DNA of 64,000 bases, from the NCBI GenBank assembly GCA_002269645.1, contig NIVC01002238.1:93597-157596 (forward strand). The letters are read 5' to 3'. Within the stretch, counting starts at the first letter, position 1; the number at the start of each line of letters is the position of its first letter. The position numbers and the translations under genes were made by a program. The DNA comes from Macrostomum lignano. Taxonomy: Eukaryota. The notes under the pieces are model-generated. The model saw nothing but the letters and a program-made list of their open reading frames with translations, had not been told where the DNA came from and searched no databases. Below, in pieces: positions 47,695-59,854 of the stretch.

Positions 47695-48939
47695 GCAAAT
47701 AAAATAGTCTTTTAAATAAAAAAATAATGTAAATTTTGCATCAAATAGTAAATAAATTTTTTATAATCAACTTGACCTTTACTTATTGATTATACTAGTT
47801 TTAGGATTAAAGATAGATAAAATGAATGTTTTTACTAATAATGTTTAATAATTAGAAAACTAAATCATAAGTTTTATTTAACAAGATAAAATATTTTATT
47901 TATAAAAATATTTTAATTGTATACTCTATAAATGAAAACTATTATTTATACTAGTGACTAGGTATTATACAGTTTATTGCCAGAATAGTTTGTTTTACTA
48001 CTTAAAAAACATAAGCTGCTAAAACATCATTGAATAAAATTGTATCATATTATAATCTTATTAATATGTTTTTCATTTGTTTAAGACAATTATGCATTTG
48101 CTATATAGTTAATAGAAATTGAAGCCTAAATATTTATCTTATCTTAGAGATAGTCATCAATTTTAAAAACTCATTCATTCTCTATTAAATAAAATAAATG
48201 GTAGGAAATTTTCTATACGACTAAAAATACTGAGTATACTATGACTATGTAATGAATTAATAATACTAAAATGAAAGTATAAAACTAAAATCAGCATAAA
48301 CATAGCATTATTTATTATTAACATTAGATTCTCTTATTAATAGTTTCAAGAACAATTTGTGCTATTATTGAGCACAGGATTTAACAACATTTATGTTGCA
48401 TACAAACTGAATTAGCTGGTTTAGCAATATAATAAATATTTGCTAAGCAGCCATTCGTGCACATGAGGATCAAGAATAGACATAATTTCGAAGTAGTATA
48501 GTATATTTTATTGCGTCTACTCTGAAGCGATTTTGAGTTCATAAGTTTTAGTATATAAGGAAGATTTTAGACAGTACTTGGATATTGCCGGTTTCTTGTA
48601 ATCACCCACAGTTTAAATTGGTACACACTGGCACTAGTTCGCGCTGTATATGTAAGTATAACATTTACTTTATGCTTTTTACTCGCTGACATGCATGCAT
48701 TTCAGAACCAAATGTTTTTCACTGTTCTCTATCCTAAATCAGTCTCCAGCCATATATTTCATCTTGTCCCGATAATTCTAACTACGCTCGTATTTACGGA
48801 CCCAAAGAATTAATCTTTGAATTACCTCCTGACGATGGAGTCAATGGACACCTCAGTCGTCCATTGAAAAAGACACGCGTGCATGTAAATGTATGCATGC
48901 AAGATTGCCATGCTCTCCGTAGTCAGATGAAACCGCTCT

Positions 48940-50645
48940 ATAAAATGAATGACGGAGTCAGTTGTCCGGTCGCGACTAGGGAAGGCCTCTATCCAGCCTG
49001 AGAACGCGTCCACAACTATTAGAATGTTTCCAGCGTCCTTTACGAATGCCCAATCAATATGAATCCGTTGGAATGGGTATGTTGATGGGGGCCAGAGGTC
49101 TCTGTCACGCCCAGCGTGTGGGCGCAGTTGGTTGCACCCGGGGCAGCGCTGCACAAATTGAACGACATCATGCTGCATCCCAGGCCACCAACAGGTCGCA
49201 GATAGCAAATTGTAGGAAGCCTGCACTCCGGAATGTGTGCTGTAAATCGTGTTGAAGGCGGTCTGTCGCAAACGAGGAGGTATGTATACGCGCCTCTGCA
49301 TGTAGAGCAGGCCATTCTCCAGCGTCAATTTTTCGGCAACCTTCTTAAATTGTGCTTCTGCCTGGCTGCAATTCGTCCAATTTCCTTGTCGCACCCGATT
49401 GAAGATCTTCTGTGCAAAGCCGTCGACGTCTATTTCAGCCGCAATCCTTCTGGCGTCAAAAACGGGCGATTCAAAAGCCACTGAGTTAATTGCTTCAAAA
49501 GTAGTCTTGTCATCAACCGTGCTGCCCTCAAAACGCAGTCTTGAAAGAGCGTCAACATGCGGAATGCTGCTGCCACGTACATACTGTATTTGGTAGTCGA
49601 ACTGCATCAGGTACATCGCCCAACGGCCGATCCGTGCGGATGCATTTAGCGGAATGCCGGTGCCAGACCCAAACAAACGCAGGAGTGGTTGATGGTCGGT
49701 ACGGATGGTGAAGGGTCGGCCAACGTGCAATCGCCCAAACTATAGCCAGAGCTTCGCGCTCTATGTTTGAATAGTTGGCCTCAGCGGAAGAAAAGCTGCG
49801 TGACACGTATATGACGGGATGGCCATCCTGCGTTGCCACGGCGGCGAGCGCTCTTTTGGACGCATCGGTGGTGAGCGTGAGCTCTTTCGTCAGACTGTAT
49901 GGTTGGACGACAGGCGCTGACGCAATCTCTATTTTGAGACTCTCGAATGCCCTGGAGCATTCATCCGACCACACAAAAGGTATGCCGGCCTTTCTCAGTC
50001 TGTTAAGAGGGGCAGTCTTGCCCGCAAAGTTCGGGATCAGCCGCCCAAAAAAATTGACTAGCCCGAGGAAGTGGGCGAGCTCTGATTTGTTTGCAGGTGC
50101 ACACACATGACGAATTTTCTCGACCAGGCGATCATCGGGCTGTATGCCTGCAGCAGAGATCCGAAAGCCTAAGAATGAGACGGAATCGCAATAGCTAATG
50201 CATTTCGACTCGTTGATGGTCACGCGCTTCTCAGTGAGCCGAGTCCGGACGGCAGTAAGACGCTTTTCTAGGGTTGTTTTGTCTGGTGCATGGACAAGAA
50301 TGTCGTCCTGGAGATCAGTAAACCCTTTATGTCCCCTAGAATGGACTCCATTGTTCTTTGAAAGATAAAAGAGGCGTTTTTCATGCCCATTTGCAATCGA
50401 TTTACTCGATAGAGCCCGCGGGACGCATTGATAACTGCCAGATCTCTCGCCGCTTCGTCTAGCTCAATCTGCCAGTATGCGGAACGCAGGTCGACGGTGG
50501 CAAATGTCTTGGCATTCTTTAGTTTCGAGAACATGGTTTCCACGTGTGGGATCGGATGCGAATCTGATTTGATCTTTGAGTTGACATGCACACTATAGTC
50601 AGCGCACATCCGCAGTGATCCATCCTTCTTTTTCACCCATACCAC
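48940..50645 (-). pseudogene. Gypsy RT-RNaseH-integrase with frameshifts at ~50640, ~50300 and ~49730 and a 3' truncation
   Basis: ORFs 50268..50645, 49552..50223 and 48822..49730 carry consecutive pol motifs in different frames. Confidence 0.85.
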
Positions 50646-52076
50646 GGGGAAGAATTACTCACTGGGCCTTCTAGTGGTTCGATGACACCTAGTCGGTGAA
50701 GACGGTCTAGTTCAGCGTTAATCTGGTCTTCCAGGTCCAAGGGAACTGGGCGCGCACGGCAGAATTGTGGTCGAGCACCATCTTTCAACTCCATTCGGGC
50801 CTTGATACCTCTGATGATGGGCAGGTGCTCCGCAGCTGTGTTGCTGGCTGGTGACTCTGTGTGGAAGAGACCATCAGAATCGAGGAGGTCCCGATCCCGG
50901 CCCAGCAAGCCATACGGTTTAGCGGAAGTCACCACAATGAATTCTGCCGGGTGTAGACGCCCTCGTAGCTCTACAGTCGTAGCCATCTTGCCGAGTGACC
51001 GCATCACATGCCTGTCAAAAGCCTCTAGGCGTCGGTTGCAGCGTAGAAGTGGTGGCTGGCCCAACTTGGTCCACTGCGCGCTCGATAACACGGAGACGGA
51101 TGCACCCGTATCAACTTGCATCTCTAGTGTTTTATCATTGATGCGCACTGCTTCGGTCGTGGCTTCTATTGAGTGTAGAGGGTCGGTTAGATGGAGCACG
51201 GTCGTAGGTTGCGGATCAAGTCTTGTGTCTTTTTCATCAGCTGTGGTGTGATGTACGGGTCGAGAGGCCGCTGATTTGCAGACAGCACTAAAGTGGTTCT
51301 TTTTTCCGCACTTGGAACAGATCTTGCCAAAAGCTGGGCATTGTCCTTCAGGATGCGGCTTGCCACAATATCGACAAGCCGTGATTTTCCGGCGAGTGCC
51401 GCCTCTGTCAGGTCGCTGTGACTGAGTATAATGAAGGGTCGAGTCATCGGATTGAACTATGGCAGCAGTCTGCGCGGGTGGCACCGAGGGGCCTGCTGTC
51501 GTTTCCATCTGTTTTAAGACGAACTTGTCAACTTGGGTCATGTTTCGAATGCAGTCTACTCGTACAATCTCAGAAACGGAGAGCTCAGTGAGTTGCAATG
51601 TCTCAAGCACACGTTGTTGCTTCCGGCCGTCACGAAGTCCCGGCGATCAGTGCCATTCGTATCAATTCTTCCGAAGGACTTTGATGCGTCTTGAGTGAGT
51701 CAAATTTGCAGTGGGCTGCCGCATGCCGCAATCTGATGACAAAGTCAGTGACTGGCTCACCAGGTAGTTGCTGCATCGTAAAAAAACGTGCGCGTTCTGC
51801 GATAGTAAGCTTCTCCTTCGGACGCAGATAGGAGGTGAGTGCTGCTTGGATGTCAGTAAACGACAACTCTGTTACAGCGCGCGGTGATATTAGGCTTTGC
51901 AGCTTTTCCAATGTAGTCAGTCCACAGCAAGCAAGAAAGTTGTCAGCGATGGTTTTCCTCTCAGTAGTATCGGACCAGCCTTTGGCTCTAGCAAGCGCTT
52001 CAAAGGCAGTTAGCCAGACCTGGGCACGGTCGGGCCTGTCTAGCGGTAGTTCGCCCAGCGAGGATGGCGACGCCAT
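50633..52076 (-). pseudogene. Gypsy gag-protease, frameshifted near 51635
   Basis: ORFs 51630..52076 and 50633..51610 join if one extra G is removed from GCCGGGACTT. Confidence 0.85.
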
Positions 52077-52407
52077 TGTTGTGTATCGAGCTTGGCAGAT
52101 AACAGTTGTATTTTAACTTAGGAAATAAGATGTAAGCATAGCAGGAAGTGGCTGAATTCCATATGCGTTAATATTTCCGACCAGCACTTCATGGTTGCGC
52201 GCCAATGGTGCACGCAAACTGGAATCACCGGCATACTACCCGCAAGCGAACGGGCAGCTGAAACAGCTGTGCAAACGGTCAAGTCGGCACTGCGGGCCTG
52301 GTCGGAAAGATTAACGCATATGGAATTCAGCCACTTCCTGCTATGCTTACATCTTATTTCCTAAGTTAAAATACAACTGTTATCTGCCAAGCTCGATACA
52401 CAACAAT
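52075..52407. repeat. 110-bp inverted repeat (1 mismatch) enclosing a 113-bp flipped integrase fragment
   Basis: 52075-52184 is the reverse complement of 52298-52407; the loop reads TSWLRANGARKLESPAYYPQANG/AETAVQTVKSALRAW on the + strand. Confidence 0.92.
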
Positions 52408-52811
52408 ATCCGAGCGGATCGAGCCAAATATTGTTCCCCTGTATTGAAAATACGTGTATGCTTCTGCCCTCTTAGAATTTTAAGGCTTGTATAGCTTATA
52501 TACGTTATTTCCCTGTTTCTGATGAGCACTGAATATTCGCTGAATTGCCCCATATTTTAGTGTGGCGTGAATTTTTACAGAGCCCAAATTTTTTAGAGGT
52601 ATACATGTACACGTACCATATGCTCGTTTTCAGGCTTAGATAGATTGAATCGGATTAGATTAGATAGATTACATTGGCTTACGTACATGTACATGTAGAC
52701 TACATTGGCTTAGACAAGATAGGTTGCATTGGCTTGAATGAATTGAATTGGCTTAGATAGATTGCATTGGCTTAGATAGAGTGCATTGGGTTAGATAAGA
52801 TAGATTGCATT

Positions 52812-53135
52812 TGTGGAGTCTAGCTCCAAATGAATAAGAATAAGATTATTCACGCGTGTGTGTGAGCCTCGCAGGCCAGCTCGATCTTGGTTCGTAGCTT
52901 CTTGCTGAGGCGCCAGGCCCCGGGGTTATTTATTTATTTCTCTGCTTCCCAGCTTGGGGGAATACAATCGGCAGGCCTATGCTTGTTGGGGGGAAAATAA
53001 ATAAGTTGTGCAGACAGACAGACTTGTGCATAGGACATGGGCGTGCATTGGCCGTACAGTGATGACTAACGGCTAGACAAAGACATGTGCCTGGTGGGAC
53101 TGAGGAGTGCGAGTAACAGATAGACAGACACTACA
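52812..53135. mobile_element. Solo LTR, 324 bp, inserted in a minisatellite
   Basis: Starts TGTGG and ends CTACA (TG...CA); exact 5-bp TSD GCATT at 52807-52811 and 53136-53140; the same repeat motif flanks both sides. Confidence 0.8.
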
Positions 53136-53888
53136 GCATTGGCTTAGATTAGATAGATTGCATTGGCTTAGATTAGATAGATTGCATTGGCTTAGATTAG
53201 ATAGATTGCATTGGCTTAGATTAGATAGATTGCATTGGCTTAGATTAGATAGATTGCATTGGCTTAGATTAGATAGATTGCATTGGCTTAGATTAGATAG
53301 ATTGCATTGGCTTAGATTAGATAGATTGCATTGGCTTAGATTAGATAGATTGCATTGGCTTAGATTAGATAGATTGCATTGGCTTAGATTAGATAGATTG
53401 CATAGGCTTAGATTAGATAAATTGCATTGGATTAGATTAGGTAGATTGCATTGGCTTAAATTAGATAGATTGCATTGGCTTAGATTAGGTAGATTGCATT
53501 GGCTTAGATTAGATAGATTGCATTGGCTTAGATTAGGTAGATTGCATTGGCTTAGATTAGATAGATTGCATTGGCTTAGATTAGGTAGATTGCATTGGCT
53601 TAGATTAGATAGATTGCATTGGCTCACACAGATTGCATTGGCTCACACAGATTGCATTGGCTCACACAGATTGCATTGGCTCACACAGATTGCATTGGCT
53701 CACACAGATTGCATTGGCTCACACAGATTGCATTGGCTCACACAGATTGCATTGGCTCACACAGACTGCATTGGCTCACACAGATTGCATTGGCTCACAC
53801 AGACTGCATTGGCTCTCACAGACTGCATTGGCTCTCACAGACTGCATTGGCTCACACAGATTGCATTGGCTCACACAGATTGCATTGG
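53136..53888. repeat. Compound minisatellite: a 24-bp unit (CATTGGCTTAGATTAGATAGATTG) switching at ~53620 to a 19-bp unit (CATTGGCTCACACAGATTG); degenerate copies also at 52640-52811
   Basis: Direct periodicity. Confidence 0.95.
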
Positions 53889-54360
53889 TTTTACCCGGTA
53901 GATGTTATTTAAAAATTATTAAATTGAACAGAACTGAGCCTCAGCTGCAAACTCGGCGTTCTTTGAGAAGCTTCAATGCGATGCTCACCAGTTTACCAAA
54001 AGCGGTCTCAATCCGCAGCCGGTAATTGCCTTGATTTCTGTGTTTGGCTTCCTCTGCCTTCCTTCCTGTGCTCCTTTAATCAACTGATAATAACGCGTCA
54101 CCACCTGCTCGAAGGGATGAGCCCTGTTGGGTTACAAACGCTTGGATGAAGTAAAGAGCTGACGCACAGCTCGGCACAGCACGGAAAAGCAAATTTCACA
54201 TTTCCTTCATCAACATTTCCTCTCTTTCCTGCTACCCCGCCATTGGGCAGGTGGTCATATATTTAAGCTAGACATTGTCTTGGATTCTTCGCGCAACACC
54301 CGGAACAGCCGGAGCACATCCAGCGGTCAATCAAGGTTAACCAGTAAGCAACAGGAAAAG

Positions 54361-55377
54361 ATGAACATCACGGATCTTCTTGACGAGCTCCGGCTTGAAA
54401 GTATTCAACTGTACGACTGGAACCTGCCGGCCAGCTATTCGCAGTTTTTCACCGCCGCAGGCTGCGCCATCTGCAACCTGCTGGTGGTGCTGAACTGTTT
54501 CGCATCGCGCTCGCTGCGCCGCCGAACCTACTACATGCTGATGGCCAACCTGGCGATTGCGGACGCCTGGATCGGAGGAGCTTACATGTACGTCACCGCC
54601 CGCCGGCTGTACGACTACTACGGCGGCGAGGGCAACCTACGGACGCAGCGGCAGTGCCTCACCGACGTTGTGCCGATGACTTTCGGCCTGGTAGGTTCGA
54701 CCGTCTTCACCCTGGTGCTCTGCTGCGACAGGAGCGCCGCCCTCATCTGGCCGCAGCGCTACACCCGGCAGTCCAGGCGCTGCACGGTCCTGGTCGTCCT
54801 GTCCGCCTGGTTGTACACCGCCGCCGATGCAGTCGCCCTGGCGCTGTCAATCGACAATCCAGACGATCTGACGCCGATGTGCACGAACTCCGGAGTCTAC
54901 GGCAACACCTACAACCTGTGGCTGCTGGCCTCCACCATTGTGTACTGCAGCCTGGCGCTCATCCTGAGCCTGGTCTGTCTCTACCGAGTGGTCCACCTGT
55001 TGAAGCTCAACAGTCAGGCCGGCTCGAGCTCGCGCGAGCTGCAAGAGAGCGCAGTGACCATCATCATCATCGCCGGCCTGCTAGTGATCACTCAGGTGGC
55101 CTCGCGTATCGGCTATTTCTACCTGGCCGAACTGCCCAGAGAAGTTCGCTCTCGATACGGCAACTTCATGCGCCTGCCGCAGATGTTCAACTCCATGGTG
55201 AACCTGTTCATCTACCTGGGCCGGTCTAGCCTATTCCGCAAGGAGTTTTGCGCTCTGCTGCGCCTGAACAACCCGGCTCACCTGTCCGAGGCCGGACTCT
55301 GTCGCCGTCGTCGGGTCCAACCGGGTGGCCGCATCCAGCACGAGGAAGACTTGAGCAGAAATTGGCCTCTTCTGTGA
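54361..55377 (+). CDS. Class A (rhodopsin-like) 7TM GPCR, single exon, ~338 aa from ATG 54361
   Basis: N-glycosylation site NIT; seven hydrophobic segments; LAIAD (TM2), CDRS (TM3), W in TM4, NSMVNLFIY (TM7), helix 8 FRKEF. The start is chosen at the ATG rather than the TTG at 54280. Confidence 0.85.
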   Translation: MNITDLLDELRLESIQLYDWNLPASYSQFFTAAGCAICNLLVVLNCFASRSLRRRTYYMLMANLAIADAWIGGAYMYVTARRLYDYYGGEGNLRTQRQCLTDVVPMTFGLVGSTVFTLVLCCDRSAALIWPQRYTRQSRRCTVLVVLSAWLYTAADAVALALSIDNPDDLTPMCTNSGVYGNTYNLWLLASTIVYCSLALILSLVCLYRVVHLLKLNSQAGSSSRELQESAVTIIIIAGLLVITQVASRIGYFYLAELPREVRSRYGNFMRLPQMFNSMVNLFIYLGRSSLFRKEFCALLRLNNPAHLSEAGLCRRRRVQPGGRIQHEEDLSRNWPLL

Positions 55378-55484
55378 AGAGTAAATTGCTGGCGGAAAAG
55401 AACTTTGAGATTCGAAATGTGAGTATCGGCTGGGTAGGAGGTCCGGTATTTCGGTGCTTTCTAGGAAAAAAACGGGTGGACTTG

Positions 55485-56040
55485 AGCCACGTAACGAGTG
55501 GACTAGAGCCAGGTAACAGGTAGACTTGAGCCAGGCAACAGGTAAACATGAGCCAGGTAACAGGTAGACTTGAGCCAGGCAACAGGTAGACTAGAGCCAG
55601 GTAACAGGTGAATTAGAGCCAGGTAAGGGGTAGACTTGAGCCAGGTAACAGGTGAATTAGAGCCAGGTAAGGGGTAGACTTAAGCCAGGTATCAGGTGAA
55701 TTAGAGCCAGGTAAGGGGTAGACTTAAGCCAGGTATCAGGTGAATTAGAGCCAGGTAACAGGTGGACTAGAGCCAGGTAACAGGTAGACTAGAGGCAAGT
55801 AGACTAGATACAGGTATCGGGTGGACTAGAGCCAGGTATCGGGTGGACTAGAGCCAGGTAACAGGTAGACTAGAGCCAGGTATCGGGTGGACTAGAGCCA
55901 GGTAACAGGTAGACTAGATACAGGTATCGGGTGGACTAGAGCCAGGTAACAGGTAGACTAGATACAGGTATCGGGTGGACTAGAGCCAGGTAACAGGTAG
56001 ACTAGATACAGGTAACGGGTGGACTAGAGCCAGGTAACAG
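55485..56040. repeat. ~22-bp minisatellite (GACTAGAGCCAGGTAACAGGTA) downstream of the GPCR
   Basis: Direct periodicity. Confidence 0.9.
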
Positions 56041-56664
56041 ATCGGTACTTGGTTAAAAAGGTAGGTTGGAAACAAGTAACGTGTGAAGAATAGCCAAGAA
56101 GCAGGTGCAACAGGCAACTAATTAGAGACAAGTTGCGTTCCTACAAGCGGAAGCTGCATTTTCGTGAAGGCTGCATTGGCTAAAGGAGAGCAGAGTTCTC
56201 ATTTGTGTAGCTCTTGGTTACAATATTCGACCATAAATGTCACCTTCTGGAACATTCAGGCTAAGTCTCCCCTATAGCTCTTAGCCAAGTAACACCCTAG
56301 GTGTGAAATTAAGAGGGAGAGTGTAATTAATTATTGTTATAAACTTTATTGTACGGCAATTAAATAATCGTGAGCAGTATTTTGTTAACATCAATTTACA
56401 GATAAAGAAAAGAAGTTACCGCGATCGAAGCCGAAGTCTGCTATTGACGAGCAATTTTTTATTCATATTGATTAACTTCTTTGTTGTTTGTCTGTCAAAA
56501 ATTTCAGTTTTTCTCGGATTAATAATTTTCTCGTAGTCCAGTGGGTTAGTGTTGCTGTTGTCTTGCAAAAGAAGTAATACTTTATTAGGTGAGTTAGTGA
56601 CTAGATTGTTAAATAAAATTCCCTAGGTCTTCATTGTCCAGGTCCAGGTCCTAGGTCCCTTTCC

Positions 56665-56935
56665 CTAGGTCCTCAATGTCTAGGTCCTCACTCCCTAGGT
56701 CCTCACTCCCCAGGTACTCATTCACTTGGTACTCATTCACTTGGTACTCATTCACTTGGTCCTTATTCACTAGGTCCTCATTCACTAGGTCCTCATTCAC
56801 TAGGTCCTCATTCACTAGGTCCTCATTCACTAGGTCTTCATTCACTAGGTCCTCATTCACTAGGTCCTCATTCACTAGGTCCTCATTCACTAGGTCCTCA
56901 TTCACTAGGTCCTCATTCACTAGGTCCTCATTCCC
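56665..56935. repeat. 15-bp minisatellite (CACTAGGTCCTCATT)
   Basis: Direct periodicity. Confidence 0.95.
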
Positions 56936-57260
56936 TTAAGTTCTTATTCTATTCAAAAACAAATTCTTGGTATGCTTTCTCAAAAATATAGAGTATTCTG
57001 TTGTGCTGGCAGTACAGCTGATAGTCGACTACCGATATCTAAGATCCACGCACACCGCTTGAACTTCGTGTATTTTGCACATCTAAGCCCTGTTTAGCAC
57101 CCACATAAAATCTATCTAATTATTTATTACGAAAATACACCGGACAATTAAACTTCATTTGTCAGAGTTATAAAGAGCACAAAAAACAAACAGAGAACTG
57201 CCTGTGTAGACAGATGGCGAATGCAATTCTTGAACGTATTGCACCGGAATCATTGCCATA

Positions 57261-57495
57261 CTGGGTCACGCAACCCTATGACCAGTCTTGATGGGTCATT
57301 GTCCGGTTTAACCATGGGTCACGCAACCCTATGACCAGTCTTGATGGGTCATTGTCCGGTTTAACCCTGGGTGACGCAACCCTATGACCAGTCTTGATGG
57401 GTCATTGTCCGGTTTAACCCTGGGTGACGCAACCCTATGACCAGTCTTGATGGGTCATTGTCCGGTTTAACCCTGGGTGACGCAACCCACATGAC
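57261..57495. repeat. 53-bp tandem repeat, ~4.3 copies
   Basis: GGGTGACGCAACCCTATGACCAGTCTTGATGGGTCATTGTCCGGTTTAACCCT at 57263, 57316 and onward. Confidence 0.9.
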
Positions 57496-58509
57496 CCAAG
57501 AACAGAAGCTGGGGATGACGCACCACTTACCCGTGACTCACCTGTGCAACACAGAGCAGCCGAATGTCAGCAACAGTTGATAGTTAAGCCGTTCGATTGT
57601 TGTTGAAATTACGCACAAGTTCGAAAATTTCGAGTTTAGCCGCTACAGATTCGGTTCAATCAAAAAGCCAGCTCGGAATTTAACGGCTTTCCTGGGCGCA
57701 GTTCAACAACAGTCGAAATGTGTCAAGGCGGCTTCAGCTCAGCAGACCTCCTGGCTCTTGCTGCGGATTGCTGGATCCCAGGAATTGTCTCCATGGCAGC
57801 GCCTTAGCTATTTATACAGTGCTCAACAGGGAGCGAGTTTCTTTGCCAGACCCGAGCGCGTGACAGCTGTCAAAAGACCGCCAAGGATGGGGCGGTCCTT
57901 TGAGGCGAAAAACATGTTTCAAGAGAGACAATTAGTCTGCTTGCGCGTCTTATAAAGTGGCAAATTTACAAAGAAAAGCTGGACATCCTGCTGGGGTGTG
58001 CAGTCTTGACCAAGGGGCGGATTTGTGTCCGCCGGACCCGCTGCTTATCCGAGACAATTTAAGCGTCTAAAAAGAAATCCACCTAGCTACCTTCATTAAA
58101 TTGCGTCCCCTACCTCCCCATTATCTCTGGCCGTCAGTCTTCAGCCTGCCGAGTGGCTAATTAATAATTAATGACGCGCATCCGATGAATCACCGCTGGA
58201 CTACACACTGCCTGAAATTCCTGCCCCGGGCAGGGGGGGGGAGCACTGAATGAAATTGGCAAAGCAATTACACCAACCACATCCCCTCCTCTCCCCTGGT
58301 TGCCAAGCGGCTGCAGGGTCACGCCGTGCTCCTGAGCTCAGCTCTGTCCAGAAATGGGCGGCGAAATCGGGGAGCTCTAAACATTTACAGATTAACTGCT
58401 TCCAGCTTCCGTGCTCACACTTTGCCCAGCTTCATCTGTGTACAGAATTAGATAATCATCTTCATTTCCGCCCTTCTCTATCGATCAGTTCCTTTTCTTT
58501 TCGTCCTTT

Positions 58510-59190
58510 CCTTTCCTGTCCTGCATTTCCCTCAATCTTCTTCATTTCCCTCCCTACCCTTCATTTCCCTCCATTTCCCTCCCTACCCTTTATTTCCCTC
58601 CATACTTTTCATTTCCCTCCCTACCCTTTATTTCCCTCCATACTTTTCATTTCCCTCCCTACCCTTCATTTCCCTCCCTATCCTTCATTTCCCTCCCTAA
58701 CCCTTCATTTCCCTCCCTACCCTTCATTTCCCTCCCTATCCTTCATTTCCCTCCCTACCCTTCATTTCCCTCCCTACCCTTCATTTCCCTCCCTACCCTT
58801 TATTTCCCTCCATACCCTTCATTCCCCTCCATACCCTTCATTTCCCTCCCTGCCCTTCAGTTCCCTCCATACCCTTCATTTCCCTCCCTACCCTTCATTT
58901 CCCTCCCTATCCTTCATTTCCCTCCCTACCCTTCATTTCCCTCCCTACCCTTCATTTCCCTCCCTATCCTTCATTTCCCTCCCTACCCTTCATTTCCCTC
59001 CCTACCCTTCATTTCCCTCCCTGCCCTTCATTTCCCTCCATACCCTTCATTTCCCTCCCTGCCCTTCATTTCCCTCCCTACCCTTCATTTCCCTCCCTAC
59101 CCTTTATTTCCCTCCATACCCTTCATTTCCCTCCATACCCTTCATTTCCCTCCCTACCCTTCATTTCCATTTACTTCCCTCCCTTTAATT
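58510..59190. repeat. 20-bp CT-rich minisatellite (CCCTTCATTTCCCTCCCTAC)
   Basis: Direct periodicity. Confidence 0.9.
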
Positions 59191-59854
59191 CCTTTCCTCT
59201 TTATCATTTCCCCAATCGTTTTCATCTCTTTCCCTTCGCTTTCATTTCCCTGTCTGCCCTTCGTTTTCGGTTATACCGTACTGGCTAGTTCCATTCCCAT
59301 TGTTACATTTCAGCACATCATGGCTACAGAAAAGGACAATGGCTATAAATACTTTTCAACAATGAACTTTCAAGAATGGTAGTTTCTTGGTACTTCAAAG
59401 CAAAGTGCTTTAAGATACTTGTTGAAAACAAATTAGCGAAATTTATTCATTTACTTCGTAAGATATCGTAAGATATCCGTTTACAAGTGCGGTAGCAATG
59501 TCGGTTGGACCTATCGTTGAACTGGAAAAATCAATTCACGCGCAAAACTTTTTAAACTTCTATGAACTAATTTAGGTAAGAACAGGTACTAGAATTGATT
59601 CGCTAAATGATACGCGTATAAACTAGACACATATTAGCTTCAACTGTGCAAAGCGTACAAAATGTAGGAAATTAATTTATAAAAAAATAAATATGAGAAA
59701 AATGATAAAATCAAAATGACATTATCCAAACAGCCGATTTCACAGTGAAGGAATCTAAGATCACAAAAAGATGGAAGAATGGAATCAGCATTGATATTTT
59801 TTAGCTAAACTATTGGAGTTTGACAAGCAATTTGTGAGATTGTAGTATTCATAA

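Larger units (their letters stand above)
48940..52184 (-). mobile_element. Degenerate Ty3/Gypsy LTR retrotransposon (gag-protease-RT-RNaseH-integrase), 3'-truncated, no intact LTR pair
   Basis: Domain order PR-RT-RH-IN on the minus strand; zinc knuckles CRYCGKPH..QC and CSKCGKKNHFSAVC; protease VDTGAS; RT FQDD across a frameshift; RNaseH LTTDAS..NYSNIEREALA; integrase HHCC and RIHIDWA..VVDAFS. Integrase is cut at ~48945. Confidence 0.93.

Noticed and set aside
54654-55229. 191-aa alternative-frame ORF inside the GPCR (and similar shadow ORFs over GT31 and HEX)
   Set aside because: Off-frame by-products of GC-rich codon usage.
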